Assembly: GCA_021796115.1 (NCBI GenBank)
Contig: JAJYOP010000001.1
Span: 119,755 to 183,754 of the forward strand
Length of the DNA: 64,000 nucleotides
Source: a bacterium
Lineage (GTDB): Bacteria > Omnitrophota > Gorgyraeia > Duberdicusellales > 4484-171
Direction: 5' to 3'
Shown: one piece after another, positions 24,645 through 33,896 of the stretch
How the letters are laid out: each line of letters starts with the position of its first letter
How positions within the stretch are numbered: position 1 is the stretch's first letter
Program-made: the position numbers and the translations under genes
Notes under the pieces: generated by a model
Database searches by the model: none
Seen by the model: only the letters and a program-made list of their open reading frames with translations
What the model was told of the DNA's origin: nothing

Positions 24645-26606
24645 ATGAAGATATCGGGCACACAAAAACAATCAAAGCGCAGAGATTTTAAGGAACTTAA
24701 ATATAAATATCAGCTGCTGAGAAACCTGATGGATTTCATCCCCGATGTTATCTATTTTAAAGATAGAAAAGGCAGGTTTATTATGGTGAATCAGGCTCAT
24801 GCCAAAGGCTTGGGAGTAAAGCCCGAAACGCTGATAGGAAAGACTGACTTTGATATTTTCCCCAAAGAGAGGGCAACGAGAATGGTTCAGGATGACGAAC
24901 GGGTTATGGCTTGCGGCAAGCCCATAATCGATAAAATAGAGCGGGCTACCCGGCCGGATGGCGTAGATAATTATGTTTCCACGACCAAGATTCCGCGTTA
25001 TGACCATCAAGGCAAAGTTATAGGCCTTATTGGGATTACCAGGGATATTACCCGGCGTATGCAGTTTGAACGAATGAAAAGAGATAAAATAAACATAGAA
25101 AAGAAGCTCGAGTCTCTCAGAGAACTCAATGCGATGAAGTCAGAGTTTGTCTCTACTGTTTCTCACGAACTGCGCACCCCCCTGGCGATAATCAAGCAGT
25201 TAATCACGCTTATCCTTAATGAAACTGTCGGAAAACTAAAGGATAAGCAGAAGGAAGTGCTTGTAAAGGTATTGGAAAATTCCGACCGCCTGAAAAAAAT
25301 AATTGATGATTTGCTGGACATCTCCCGCATCGAAAGAAACACCTTAAGGCTTCGCTATTCGCTGGTTGACATTGTAGGCCTGGTTAAAGAATCATCAGGA
25401 TTTTTTACAAAATTAGCCGAAGAGAAAAATATACGCCTGAAATATTCTTATCCTAAAGAAACAATCAATCTTTTCGTCGACGCTGACCGGATAAACCAGG
25501 TCATAGGTAATCTTATCAGCAACGCCATTAAATTCACTGCCGACGGCGGAGAGATAAAGGTAGAGATAAAGATTTTTGAAACAAAAGTCAGATTGGGGTT
25601 CATAGATACCGGCATAGGCATTGCCAAACCTGAGTTGCCCCTAGTATTTAGCAAATTTACCCAGCTTTCTAAGATGCCGGCATCAGAAAATAAAGGCGTA
25701 GGATTAGGGCTGGCGATATGCAAGGATTTGGTTGAAAAACATAAAGGAGAAATTTGGGTTGAATCCAAAGTCGGAGTGGGGAGTAGGTTCTATTTCACTT
25801 TACCCCGCTTTTACACTTTCGATATGCTGGACAAAAATATAAGGGAGAAAGTAAGCAACCTGATAAAGAATGGCGTATCCGTATATAATATTACCTTGCT
25901 GATTTTAAATTACACCGAATTCAGGCATAGGTTTAAGATAAGGGCTAAGACGTTATTGGCGGATTTGCGCGTCATTATTGATACGGCGCTAAAATATGAG
26001 CAGGAAGAAAAAGATGCGATGGTCATGGTAAATGCTAAGTTAGGCAAGTTCAGTATTGTTCTTCCCAGAGTGACGGATAAGCTGGCAGTCAAAATTTCAG
26101 AACTGCTTAAATATAAAATAAAGGATTATTTTGTAAAAAATACGATTGAAGATGTTTTTATAACCGTAGGCACATTATCTTATTCGCAGAAAATATTTTC
26201 GCATGGCAAAGGGTCTTCTGCCTCGCAGTTTTCAATTAAAGAAATATATATAGGTTCAGAAACACGGCTTTGTAAGAGAATACCCATTAAAACAACTGTC
26301 AAGCTTTTTCTGGTTGGGGGTAAAATAGAGTTATGCGAATCCGTGGATATTTCGGAGACGGGCATATGTTTATTAACCAGCCAGTTATTGAAAACAGATA
26401 TGCAGGTGAAGTTGAGCATCGCGCTTCCGGAAAATGAGGAGCTTATTATTGTAACAAAAGCGCGGGTAGTTTGGATAAAAAAGAACGAACCCTCACTTCT
26501 TAAAGAGGCTAATCAATACAAGGTAGGCCTGGAATTTATAAGCTTGGCTCCTAAATATACCAAGGCTATCCGCGGAATAGTAAAACGCAACTTTCATAAA
26601 GGTTAG
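24645..26606 (+). CDS. Cytoplasmic PAS sensor histidine kinase with a GGDEF-like degenerate middle region and a C-terminal PilZ domain
   Basis: PAS (FIPDVIYFKDRKGRFIMVN), H-box SHELRTPL, HATPase GVGLGLAICKDLVEKHKGEIWVES. C-terminal PilZ has RLCKR (RxxxR) + DISETG (DxSxxG) from nt ~26259. Confidence 0.8.
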   Translation: MKISGTQKQSKRRDFKELKYKYQLLRNLMDFIPDVIYFKDRKGRFIMVNQAHAKGLGVKPETLIGKTDFDIFPKERATRMVQDDERVMACGKPIIDKIERATRPDGVDNYVSTTKIPRYDHQGKVIGLIGITRDITRRMQFERMKRDKINIEKKLESLRELNAMKSEFVSTVSHELRTPLAIIKQLITLILNETVGKLKDKQKEVLVKVLENSDRLKKIIDDLLDISRIERNTLRLRYSLVDIVGLVKESSGFFTKLAEEKNIRLKYSYPKETINLFVDADRINQVIGNLISNAIKFTADGGEIKVEIKIFETKVRLGFIDTGIGIAKPELPLVFSKFTQLSKMPASENKGVGLGLAICKDLVEKHKGEIWVESKVGVGSRFYFTLPRFYTFDMLDKNIREKVSNLIKNGVSVYNITLLILNYTEFRHRFKIRAKTLLADLRVIIDTALKYEQEEKDAMVMVNAKLGKFSIVLPRVTDKLAVKISELLKYKIKDYFVKNTIEDVFITVGTLSYSQKIFSHGKGSSASQFSIKEIYIGSETRLCKRIPIKTTVKLFLVGGKIELCESVDISETGICLLTSQLLKTDMQVKLSIALPENEELIIVTKARVVWIKKNEPSLLKEANQYKVGLEFISLAPKYTKAIRGIVKRNFHKG

Positions 26607-26609
26607 GTT

Positions 26610-26981
26610 ATGGCAAAAAAGAGGATATTGTTGGTTGAAGACGAAGCCGATATGGCCTACGCATTAACGCTGCAACTCGAAGCAGTTAATTACGAGGTTT
26701 TAAAAGCGGCTGACGGCTTGGCTGGTTTAGATAAGGCGCGCAAAGAAAAACCTGATTTAATCATATTGGATTTAATGCTTCCTAAAGTGGATGGTTTTAA
26801 AGTCTGCGCTCTCCTTAAAAGAGACCAGCGTTACGCAAAAATTCCTGTAATTTTGTTGACGGCACGCGCGCAGGAATCAGATATAAAGATAGGTGAAGAA
26901 TGCGGAGCCAACGCCTATATGACCAAGCCATACGATGATAAGGTGCTGATTGCAAAAATTGAAGAGTTATTAAAAAAATAA
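26610..26981 (+). CDS. Single-domain response regulator (CheY-like receiver)
   Basis: ILLVEDE..., DLIILDLMLPKVDG phospho-acceptor Asp, T and K motifs. Confidence 0.88.
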   Translation: MAKKRILLVEDEADMAYALTLQLEAVNYEVLKAADGLAGLDKARKEKPDLIILDLMLPKVDGFKVCALLKRDQRYAKIPVILLTARAQESDIKIGEECGANAYMTKPYDDKVLIAKIEELLKK

Positions 26982-27106
26982 TGGCATGAGGGCTGTTAAT
27001 CCTTCGAAGAAACCATCCGGCTTTAGGGCTATCCTTAAAAGGTATGTAAACCCTACCCCCTTCGGGGTTAGCCCCCTTCCTTACGGGTCCCCTGGGCTTC
27101 ATAAAT

Positions 27107-27688
27107 ATGTCTTCTTTTAACTATATGGATGAAGCAGAATTAATACGCCGGTGCATAAATAAAGAAAAAGAAGCCTGGGACGTTTTTGTTAAGCGCTATG
27201 CTAAATTAATTTACTGGGCAATAAAAAAAAGATTTAGCTTAAGTAACTTTGCCTTTAGCGATGATGACGTCCAAAATATTTTTCAGGAAGTTTTTCTCTC
27301 AATTATTAAAGAAGACAAACTTATGCAATTAAAAGATTCAAAAATGGTCTCGGGTTGGCTAGCGATGGTAGCTTCCAATAAGACCATAGATTTTATGCGC
27401 GAAAAAATCCGTGTATCAGAGCATTTCATCTATGATGCGCCGCCATCAAAAGAGCAGAAGCCGGCTAATAATTTATTCGACAAAGAAACAACGGACATCG
27501 TAAAAAATATTATTGATACCTTGTCAAATAAGGAGAAAATCATTATTTCTCTAAATCTGTTTGAAGATAAAACTCACAGGGAAATAGGTAGTATGCTCGA
27601 TATACCAATAAGCACAGTTTCTACCATAATTTCCAGAACCAAGATAAAACTTAAAGAACAATTAAAAACCAAAGGAATCGGAGGTTGA
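27107..27688 (+). CDS. ECF-type sigma-70 family RNA polymerase sigma factor
   Basis: Region 2 (VQNIFQEVFLSI) and region 4 HTH (HREIGSMLDIPISTVSTIISRTKIKL). Confidence 0.8.
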   Translation: MSSFNYMDEAELIRRCINKEKEAWDVFVKRYAKLIYWAIKKRFSLSNFAFSDDDVQNIFQEVFLSIIKEDKLMQLKDSKMVSGWLAMVASNKTIDFMREKIRVSEHFIYDAPPSKEQKPANNLFDKETTDIVKNIIDTLSNKEKIIISLNLFEDKTHREIGSMLDIPISTVSTIISRTKIKLKEQLKTKGIGG

Positions 27689-27698
27689 AGAATAAAAA

Positions 27699-28247
27699 AT
27701 GAAAGACTTGGAAAACTTGATAAAACAGCACTTAAAAACTACGGGAAATACGGAAAAAACCGCTAACTGTCCCTCTGAAAAAGTGCTATCAGACTACCTC
27801 GAGCACAAATTATCCGGCCATGAAGAAGGGGTATTGGAAGAACATATTAGCCATTGTGGCTTTTGTTTGTCACAAATCAGCCTGGCATATGAGGCACAAA
27901 AAGAAAAAATAATACCCAAAGTGCCGGCGCAATTGATCGAAAAAGTAAAAAACTTTATTGCGGCTGACAAAGCCGGTATTTCTGCCAAAATGGCTAAAAA
28001 GAGAAAGATAAAAAAGAACTTATTCCTGGCTGCTACGCTCATATTTTTCGTTCTTTCGTTCCTAATTCACAAATATTTTATGCAGTTCTTATTCGCGGGA
28101 CTTATTGTCGGATTTCGTTGGGCTTTAGAAAGTGAAAATGCACGGACATTGATTATGGTCATAGATTCCTGGCGCAAACACGCGCATAACGATGATGAAG
28201 AGATAGAAAAACGCCTGAAAGATAGATTTTCTAAACGCGATTTGTAA
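27699..28247 (+). CDS. Anti-sigma factor (zf-HC2 type) with TM segment
   Basis: HxxxCxxC motif HISHCGFCLSQI, central TM helix, directly after the ECF sigma gene. Confidence 0.65.
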   Translation: MKDLENLIKQHLKTTGNTEKTANCPSEKVLSDYLEHKLSGHEEGVLEEHISHCGFCLSQISLAYEAQKEKIIPKVPAQLIEKVKNFIAADKAGISAKMAKKRKIKKNLFLAATLIFFVLSFLIHKYFMQFLFAGLIVGFRWALESENARTLIMVIDSWRKHAHNDDEEIEKRLKDRFSKRDL

Positions 28248-28467
28248 TAAAAAATACCCACGGGCCTTGGTCCGTGCGAGCTCGAGGGTATATTTTCGTA
28301 AACTCCCCAATTTTATTATTAATTCCAGCCAGGCCCTTTCCGCAAGAAAATTTTTAAAATTTTTGAAAGTATTTTGACTTCTCCATCGTCTATTAAGTAA
28401 GGGAGACAAAAGTACCATAATTATTCTTTAAAAAAGCCTGTCCTTGCGGCAGGCAGAGGAGGTATCA

Positions 28468-28725
28468 ATGGAGTTGGATTTTAAAGTTACAAGACTGCAT
28501 AAGTTTGACGGCACCGGAGCGACAAAAGCAATGTGTGACATTGCAATTTCCGACCAGATTGTCATCAAGGGTTTCAGAATTGTTGAAGGCAAAAACGGCT
28601 TGTTTGTTGGTTTGCCGCAAGAAAAAGGTAAAAACGGCAAATGGTATGATTGTGCCTTCCCCTTAACCCCCGAGGTTCGCGAAGCTCTAAATAAAACTGT
28701 GCTTAGCGCGTATCAGGCCGGCTAA
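28468..28725 (+). CDS. spoVG: SpoVG family protein
   Basis: Start moved to MELDFKVTRL (GAGGAGG Shine-Dalgarno 6 nt upstream). KAMCDIAISDQIVIKGFRIVEGKNGLFVGLP matches the SpoVG core. Confidence 0.8.
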   Translation: MELDFKVTRLHKFDGTGATKAMCDIAISDQIVIKGFRIVEGKNGLFVGLPQEKGKNGKWYDCAFPLTPEVREALNKTVLSAYQAG

Positions 28726-28742
28726 CTTCATACGTGCCTCTG

Positions 28743-28781
28743 CTTGCGCCGGGTTTACTTCACGCCCGGCGCAAGTTTCTT
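28743..28781 (+). terminator. Intrinsic terminator after spoVG
   Basis: CTTGCGCCGGG-loop-CCCGGCGCAAG followed by TTTCTT. Confidence 0.75.
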
Positions 28782-28949
28782 AGCTATCTTTGAGGTTATC
28801 CGTCAACTCATGAAGCCTATTCCGGAAGAACCAAAACGGAAAATTGGTTTTGTAGCGATTAAAATATTTTTCTGACAATATTTAGCGAAAATTAAAAAAT
28901 AATTTGACAAATCATCAAATTAATGTTAAAAAAGGAGTAATGAAATAAT

Positions 28950-30452
28950 ATGATTAATTTAAGAAGTATTTGTCGAAAATTCTTGCTTCTAACTTGCTTC
29001 TCAATGCTCCCTCATAATTCTTACGCGGTTTTTATAAATGTGGAAGACATCGAAGATGCGTACATAAAAAGAATCGCTATTTCGCCGCTCGATGAAAGCC
29101 TCATTTATGTCGGTTCAAAGAACGCGCTTTTTAAAAGCATTGACAGCGGAAAGACCTTTCAAAAGATTTACGTTTTTAAAGACGAAGAACTCTCGCATAT
29201 TGCCTTTGACCCGATAAGCGCAAATACCGCCTATGTAGCTGCTACAAGACATTTGTACAAGGTAACTGACAAAATTGATATGATATACCGCGCCGCGGAC
29301 GAAGAAACCATTTTAAGCGTAGCAAAATATAAAGACGGAATATACATTGGTACGACAAGCGGGCTGTATTTTAGTTCCGAAGATATCTTGAAATGGCAAA
29401 AAATCGGCGGGCTGACTGACGCAGTTTCAATTAATTACCTTGAACCGTCCCAAGACGGTTTATATCTTGCTGCAAACAAAGGAGTGTATTTTTTTAAAAA
29501 TAAAGATAATATCAGACGAATATTTGTTTTGCGCGATAACGAGGCAGAAGGCGAAGAGGAAAACGGCATAGTCGCAAATATCATAAAAGTCGACATCTTT
29601 GACAAAAATAAAATCTGGCTTGGCGCTACTAACGGGATTTTTCTATCCAGCGATAAAGGAGAAAATTGGCGCAAACTTTATTTAGGCAGCCTGGACAGCT
29701 TAAACATTATTTCGTTGGCACAAACTAAATTAGAAAAGGATTCTATTTACGCAGGCACCCTTAAAGGTTTCTTTAAAGCTAATTTAAAAACAAATTCCTC
29801 AAAGCAGATTTTTGAAGGCCTTTATTCGGATGAAATCTTTTGGGTAGCTTTTTCCGCCAGCGGAGAAATCTATCTTGCCACTTCAAGAGGATTATTTGAA
29901 ACCGCATATTTTAACGCGCCGTCAAACAAACGTTCCATTGAAGAAATATTAAAGGGTGAGCCATCGATACGGGAAATCCAACAAGCAGCTATCCGTTATA
30001 ACGAAACAAGTCCAGACAAAATAAGGCAATGGAGAAATGCCGTAAAGGTCAGGGCATTATTCCCTACGCTAAAGCTTGATTATGACAAAACCATAACCAC
30101 CGCCTTAGGCGCAACTTATGATCGTGTCCAGGTTGGTCCCCGCGATTGGGGCGTAAGTTTTTCTTGGGATATCGCGGATTTAGTCTGGAATACCCGCGAA
30201 ACCGACATTGATACACGAAGTCGGCTTAATACCCAATTAAGGCTTGATATACTTGATGAGATAAACCGGGTCTATTTTGAGCGTTTAAGGGTTAAAAAGG
30301 AAATTGTCTCTAATAATTTACCGGAAGAAGAATTGTGCCAAAAAGATTTAAGATTACAGGAATTAACTGCTATAATAGATGGGTATACGGGAGGATACTT
30401 TTCTAAAAGAGTTGCTGAATTAAATCAAGAACCATGCAGGAAAAGCCAGTAG
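28950..30452 (+). CDS. Secreted BNR/Asp-box repeat (beta-propeller-like) protein with an unrecognised C-terminal region
   Basis: Signal peptide; Asp-box-like SIDSGKTF and SSDKGENW. Confidence 0.55.
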   Translation: MINLRSICRKFLLLTCFSMLPHNSYAVFINVEDIEDAYIKRIAISPLDESLIYVGSKNALFKSIDSGKTFQKIYVFKDEELSHIAFDPISANTAYVAATRHLYKVTDKIDMIYRAADEETILSVAKYKDGIYIGTTSGLYFSSEDILKWQKIGGLTDAVSINYLEPSQDGLYLAANKGVYFFKNKDNIRRIFVLRDNEAEGEEENGIVANIIKVDIFDKNKIWLGATNGIFLSSDKGENWRKLYLGSLDSLNIISLAQTKLEKDSIYAGTLKGFFKANLKTNSSKQIFEGLYSDEIFWVAFSASGEIYLATSRGLFETAYFNAPSNKRSIEEILKGEPSIREIQQAAIRYNETSPDKIRQWRNAVKVRALFPTLKLDYDKTITTALGATYDRVQVGPRDWGVSFSWDIADLVWNTRETDIDTRSRLNTQLRLDILDEINRVYFERLRVKKEIVSNNLPEEELCQKDLRLQELTAIIDGYTGGYFSKRVAELNQEPCRKSQ

Positions 30453-31471
30453 TTTTGATACTTTGCGGTGGAAGGTCGTTAAGGCTCTGGCCGCTCTCTG
30501 AATATAAAAGCAAAAATTTTATCGATATCTTCGGTTTTTCTCCTCTTGAACTCACCGTTAAGAGATTTTTAAAGATAACCTCGCAGGATAATATTTTCCT
30601 TGTTGCCAGCAGCAAGGAAAGAAATGCTTTAATAAAACTAAAACTCATAAGAAAGGAAAATATCTTTCTTGAGCCCGATAGTAAAAATACTTCCGCCGCC
30701 ATACTGCTTTCTTTATTTTGCCTGAGAAGAAGATTTTCTCAAGACAAAACCCTTATAATTTCGCCGGTAGACCATCTGATAAAAGAAGAAAAACTTTTTT
30801 TTAACGCGCTGAATACTTCTCTAAATGTTGCCAAAGAAGGTTGGATTGTTACTTTAGGCATAGAGCCAACTTCTCCTACGCCAAACTTTGGCTATATTCA
30901 AACTGGAGAGGAGGTAAGTAAAAATACATTTTCGATAAAAAGATTTGTGGAAAAGCCAAGCCGCCAGGAAGCAGAAGAACTTATCCGTCGTGGAAATTAT
31001 TTTTATAACAGTGGATTGTTTATTGCCTCTCTTTCAACGCTTGATAGAGAATATAAAAAATACAGCAATTCCTACACTATTTTTTCTAATATTTTTAAGA
31101 AACCATATTATTCAAAAGATTTATTGCAAGCCTACAAAAAAATAGAGGATATACCTTTTGATAAAGCTATCATGGAGCGCACTAAAAAAGCAATGATGGT
31201 TAAGGCTAAGTTTTTCTGGAAGGATTTCGGCTCTTGGCACGCAATATACGAAGCATTGCCCAAAGATAAAGACGGCAATGTCAAAAAAGGAAGGGTTTTT
31301 ACGCATAATGCCGCCAACAATCTTCTTTATTTAAGTGATGCAAAAAAGAAAGTCCTGGTTATTGGCCTTGAAGATTTATTCTTCATTGATACCGACAAAT
31401 TCACCCTCCTTACCCAACGTAATTATATAGACAACCTCAAACTCGCCCTCAAGGAGTTTAAAAAAAATTGA
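30434..31471 (+). CDS. Mannose-1-phosphate guanylyltransferase-like nucleotidyltransferase
   Basis: N-terminal ILCGGRSLRLWPLS (GxGxRLxPLS) motif, ~345 aa, no isomerase domain. Confidence 0.7.
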   Translation: MQEKPVVLILCGGRSLRLWPLSEYKSKNFIDIFGFSPLELTVKRFLKITSQDNIFLVASSKERNALIKLKLIRKENIFLEPDSKNTSAAILLSLFCLRRRFSQDKTLIISPVDHLIKEEKLFFNALNTSLNVAKEGWIVTLGIEPTSPTPNFGYIQTGEEVSKNTFSIKRFVEKPSRQEAEELIRRGNYFYNSGLFIASLSTLDREYKKYSNSYTIFSNIFKKPYYSKDLLQAYKKIEDIPFDKAIMERTKKAMMVKAKFFWKDFGSWHAIYEALPKDKDGNVKKGRVFTHNAANNLLYLSDAKKKVLVIGLEDLFFIDTDKFTLLTQRNYIDNLKLALKEFKKN

Positions 31472-31555
31472 TAAGTCTTCCCGGCGCCGCATTGCATTAT
31501 AAGCCCGCCATTTAAAATCTTGTTTGATTCTGTATTTGTTTTATAATATCAAGCT

Positions 31556-32485
31556 ATGAACTACTTTTACGGGCCGGTTCCGTCAAGAAGATTGGGATTC
31601 TCTTTGGGGGTGAATTTAACGCCCCAAAAATACTGCACTTTTGACTGTATCTACTGCCAAATCGGCAAAACTTCGAAGAAAACCGTCGAGAGGTTTTTCC
31701 CTGTGAATATGGAAAACTTCGAAAGGCAGTTAAAGGAAATTATCCGCAAGAACCAAAAAATCGATTACATTTCTATCTCTGGTTCTGGCGAGCCGACACT
31801 CCATAAAAGTCTTGATTTAATCATCGATACCATAAAACACACAACTCAAAATAAATACCCGGTTGCAGTAATTACTAATTCATCGCTTTTGTATCAAAAA
31901 GAGGTAAGGAAAGAACTGGCGAGAGCAGATTTGATTGTGCCTTCGCTTGATGCGGCAACAAAAAAAAGTTTTTATAAAATAGATAAACCGCAAAAAAGTA
32001 TAACTTTTAAGAAGATAATTAACGGCCTTATCGCTCTTCGCAAAGAATTTAAAGGCAAAATCTGGCTGGAAATTATGCTTATCGGCGGTATTAATGATTC
32101 CATAGCCGACGCTTATAAATTCAAGGCACTGGTTAAAAAGATTAATCCGGATAAAGTGCAGTTAAATTTACCAGTGCGGCCCTCGGGCGCAAAAATAAGC
32201 TTTCCGGAATACGCCAGAGTCAAGCAAATAAAGAAAATTATCGGGCCAAAAACCGAAATCGTCTCATCGTTCTACAAACAAGCGCAAAAGCGGTTTTCGG
32301 CAAGTATCACGCAGGACATTATAAGATATTTAAAAGTAAGGCCGGCAACTTTAATTGATTTAGCCAAGTCAATGGGGCAGGATAAAACTTATCTTGAAAA
32401 ACAATTAAAAAAGTTATTGGCCAAAAGCATTGTAAAAATAAAGACACATAATAATAAAAAATATTTTATCTATGCTCAAAGATAA
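31556..32485 (+). CDS. Radical SAM protein with C-terminal winged-helix-like region
   Basis: YGPVPSRRLGFSLGVNL then CTFDCIYC (CxxxCxxC). Confidence 0.7.
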   Translation: MNYFYGPVPSRRLGFSLGVNLTPQKYCTFDCIYCQIGKTSKKTVERFFPVNMENFERQLKEIIRKNQKIDYISISGSGEPTLHKSLDLIIDTIKHTTQNKYPVAVITNSSLLYQKEVRKELARADLIVPSLDAATKKSFYKIDKPQKSITFKKIINGLIALRKEFKGKIWLEIMLIGGINDSIADAYKFKALVKKINPDKVQLNLPVRPSGAKISFPEYARVKQIKKIIGPKTEIVSSFYKQAQKRFSASITQDIIRYLKVRPATLIDLAKSMGQDKTYLEKQLKKLLAKSIVKIKTHNNKKYFIYAQR

Positions 32486-33119
32486 TTTTGAAAATATATT
32501 AAAAGAAATTCCCCCAAACGTGGAGCTTGTGGTGGCGGCAAAATCAAGAACAGTCAAAGAAATAGAGGAGGTGATTTCCGCCGGCGCAAAGATTATTGGC
32601 GAAAATTACGTAAAAGAAGCGGGTGAAAAATACGCCTTAATCGGCAAAAAAGTAGAGTGGCATTTAATTGGCCATCTGCAGAAAAATAAAGTTAAAGATG
32701 CCGTAAGAATTTTTGATATGATAGAAAGCCTTGATTCGGCAGATTTAGCGGCCGCAATAAATAAAGAGTGCCGAAAAGTGCAGAAAATCATGCCGGTATT
32801 GATTGAGATTAATTCTGCGGCGGAATGGCAAAAGGCCGGAATTTTACCGGAAGATTTTAATGCTTTTATGGAGGAGATATTAAAGTTGAAAGCCATAAAG
32901 CCAATGGGTTTAATGACCATGGGGGCATTGCTGAAAAACCCGCAGGATATGCGCCCCTTTTTTGAAAAAACCCGGCAAATTTTCGAAAAAGCGAAAAAAA
33001 TTTTCATGCTTAACGATTGGAAATATCTTTCCATGGGCATGAGCGATAGTTATAAAGTAGCTATAGAAGAAGGGGCTAATATGGTACGAATAGGAACGGC
33101 GATATTTGGTCCGCGATAA
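32472..33119 (+). CDS. yggS: YggS-family pyridoxal-phosphate homeostasis protein
   Basis: LVVAAKSRTV (PLP lysine), HLIGHLQKNKV, SMGMSDSY, RIGTAIFG. Confidence 0.85.
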   Translation: MLKDNFENILKEIPPNVELVVAAKSRTVKEIEEVISAGAKIIGENYVKEAGEKYALIGKKVEWHLIGHLQKNKVKDAVRIFDMIESLDSADLAAAINKECRKVQKIMPVLIEINSAAEWQKAGILPEDFNAFMEEILKLKAIKPMGLMTMGALLKNPQDMRPFFEKTRQIFEKAKKIFMLNDWKYLSMGMSDSYKVAIEEGANMVRIGTAIFGPR

Positions 33120-33126
33120 CACAGGT

Positions 33127-33156
33127 ATCCACGATTTTTATCTGTGATCATCTGTA
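33127..33156 (+). promoter_or_regulatory. Partial ATCTGTG array (3 boxes) directly upstream of the MBL-fold gene
   Basis: ATCCACG-N6-ATCTGTG-N3-ATCTGTA; TATAAT at 33155-33160. Confidence 0.45.
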
Positions 33157-33166
33157 TAATAAAGAT

Positions 33167-33874
33167 ATGACAATAAAAATACTTTTCGATAAAGAAAAAC
33201 TGGACTCCAGGTTTGAAAGCGGTTGGGGTATTTCCTATTTACTTGGCGATATGCTTTTTGATACAGGAGAAAAACCCGAGTATCTTTTACATAACATGAA
33301 AGCTTTGGGAATAAATCCGGAAGAGCTTAAAAAGGTAATAATCTCCCATAACCACTGGGACCACCGCGCAGGACTATGGGATTTACTTAAAATAAATAAG
33401 GATTTAGAAATCTATGGCTGTTCAGATTTTTTTGATGAATTTAAAGATAAGCTTAAGGGCTATAATTTTATAAAAATCGAGGCCTCTAAAGAGATAGGTA
33501 AAAATATATACACAACCGGGCCATTTAAAGCATCGCACAAAGGCATGCCGATTTTAGAACAGTCGCTTATTGTCCAGAATAAAGATAGTATTTCAATTAT
33601 ATGCGCCTGCGGCCATATGGGTTTAATAGATTTAATAAATAAGGCGAAATCACTTTTTAACGGTTTAAAAATAAATTTGCTTCTCGGCGGTTTTCATTTT
33701 ATCGAGGCCGACATGCGTATGGCACAATATGTAGTCAGCCAAATTAAAAAATCAGGCATAGTAAAAATTGCCCCGGCTCATTGCACCGGAAACGAAGTCG
33801 CAAAGCTATTTAAAGATTTATACGGCAAAAATTTTATTACCATAAAAACCGGCACCGAAATAGAACTATGGTAA
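33167..33874 (+). CDS. MBL-fold metallo-hydrolase
   Basis: HxHxDH motif SHNHWDH. Confidence 0.7.
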   Translation: MTIKILFDKEKLDSRFESGWGISYLLGDMLFDTGEKPEYLLHNMKALGINPEELKKVIISHNHWDHRAGLWDLLKINKDLEIYGCSDFFDEFKDKLKGYNFIKIEASKEIGKNIYTTGPFKASHKGMPILEQSLIVQNKDSISIICACGHMGLIDLINKAKSLFNGLKINLLLGGFHFIEADMRMAQYVVSQIKKSGIVKIAPAHCTGNEVAKLFKDLYGKNFITIKTGTEIELW

Positions 33875-33896
33875 GTAAAAAATATATAATAATTTA

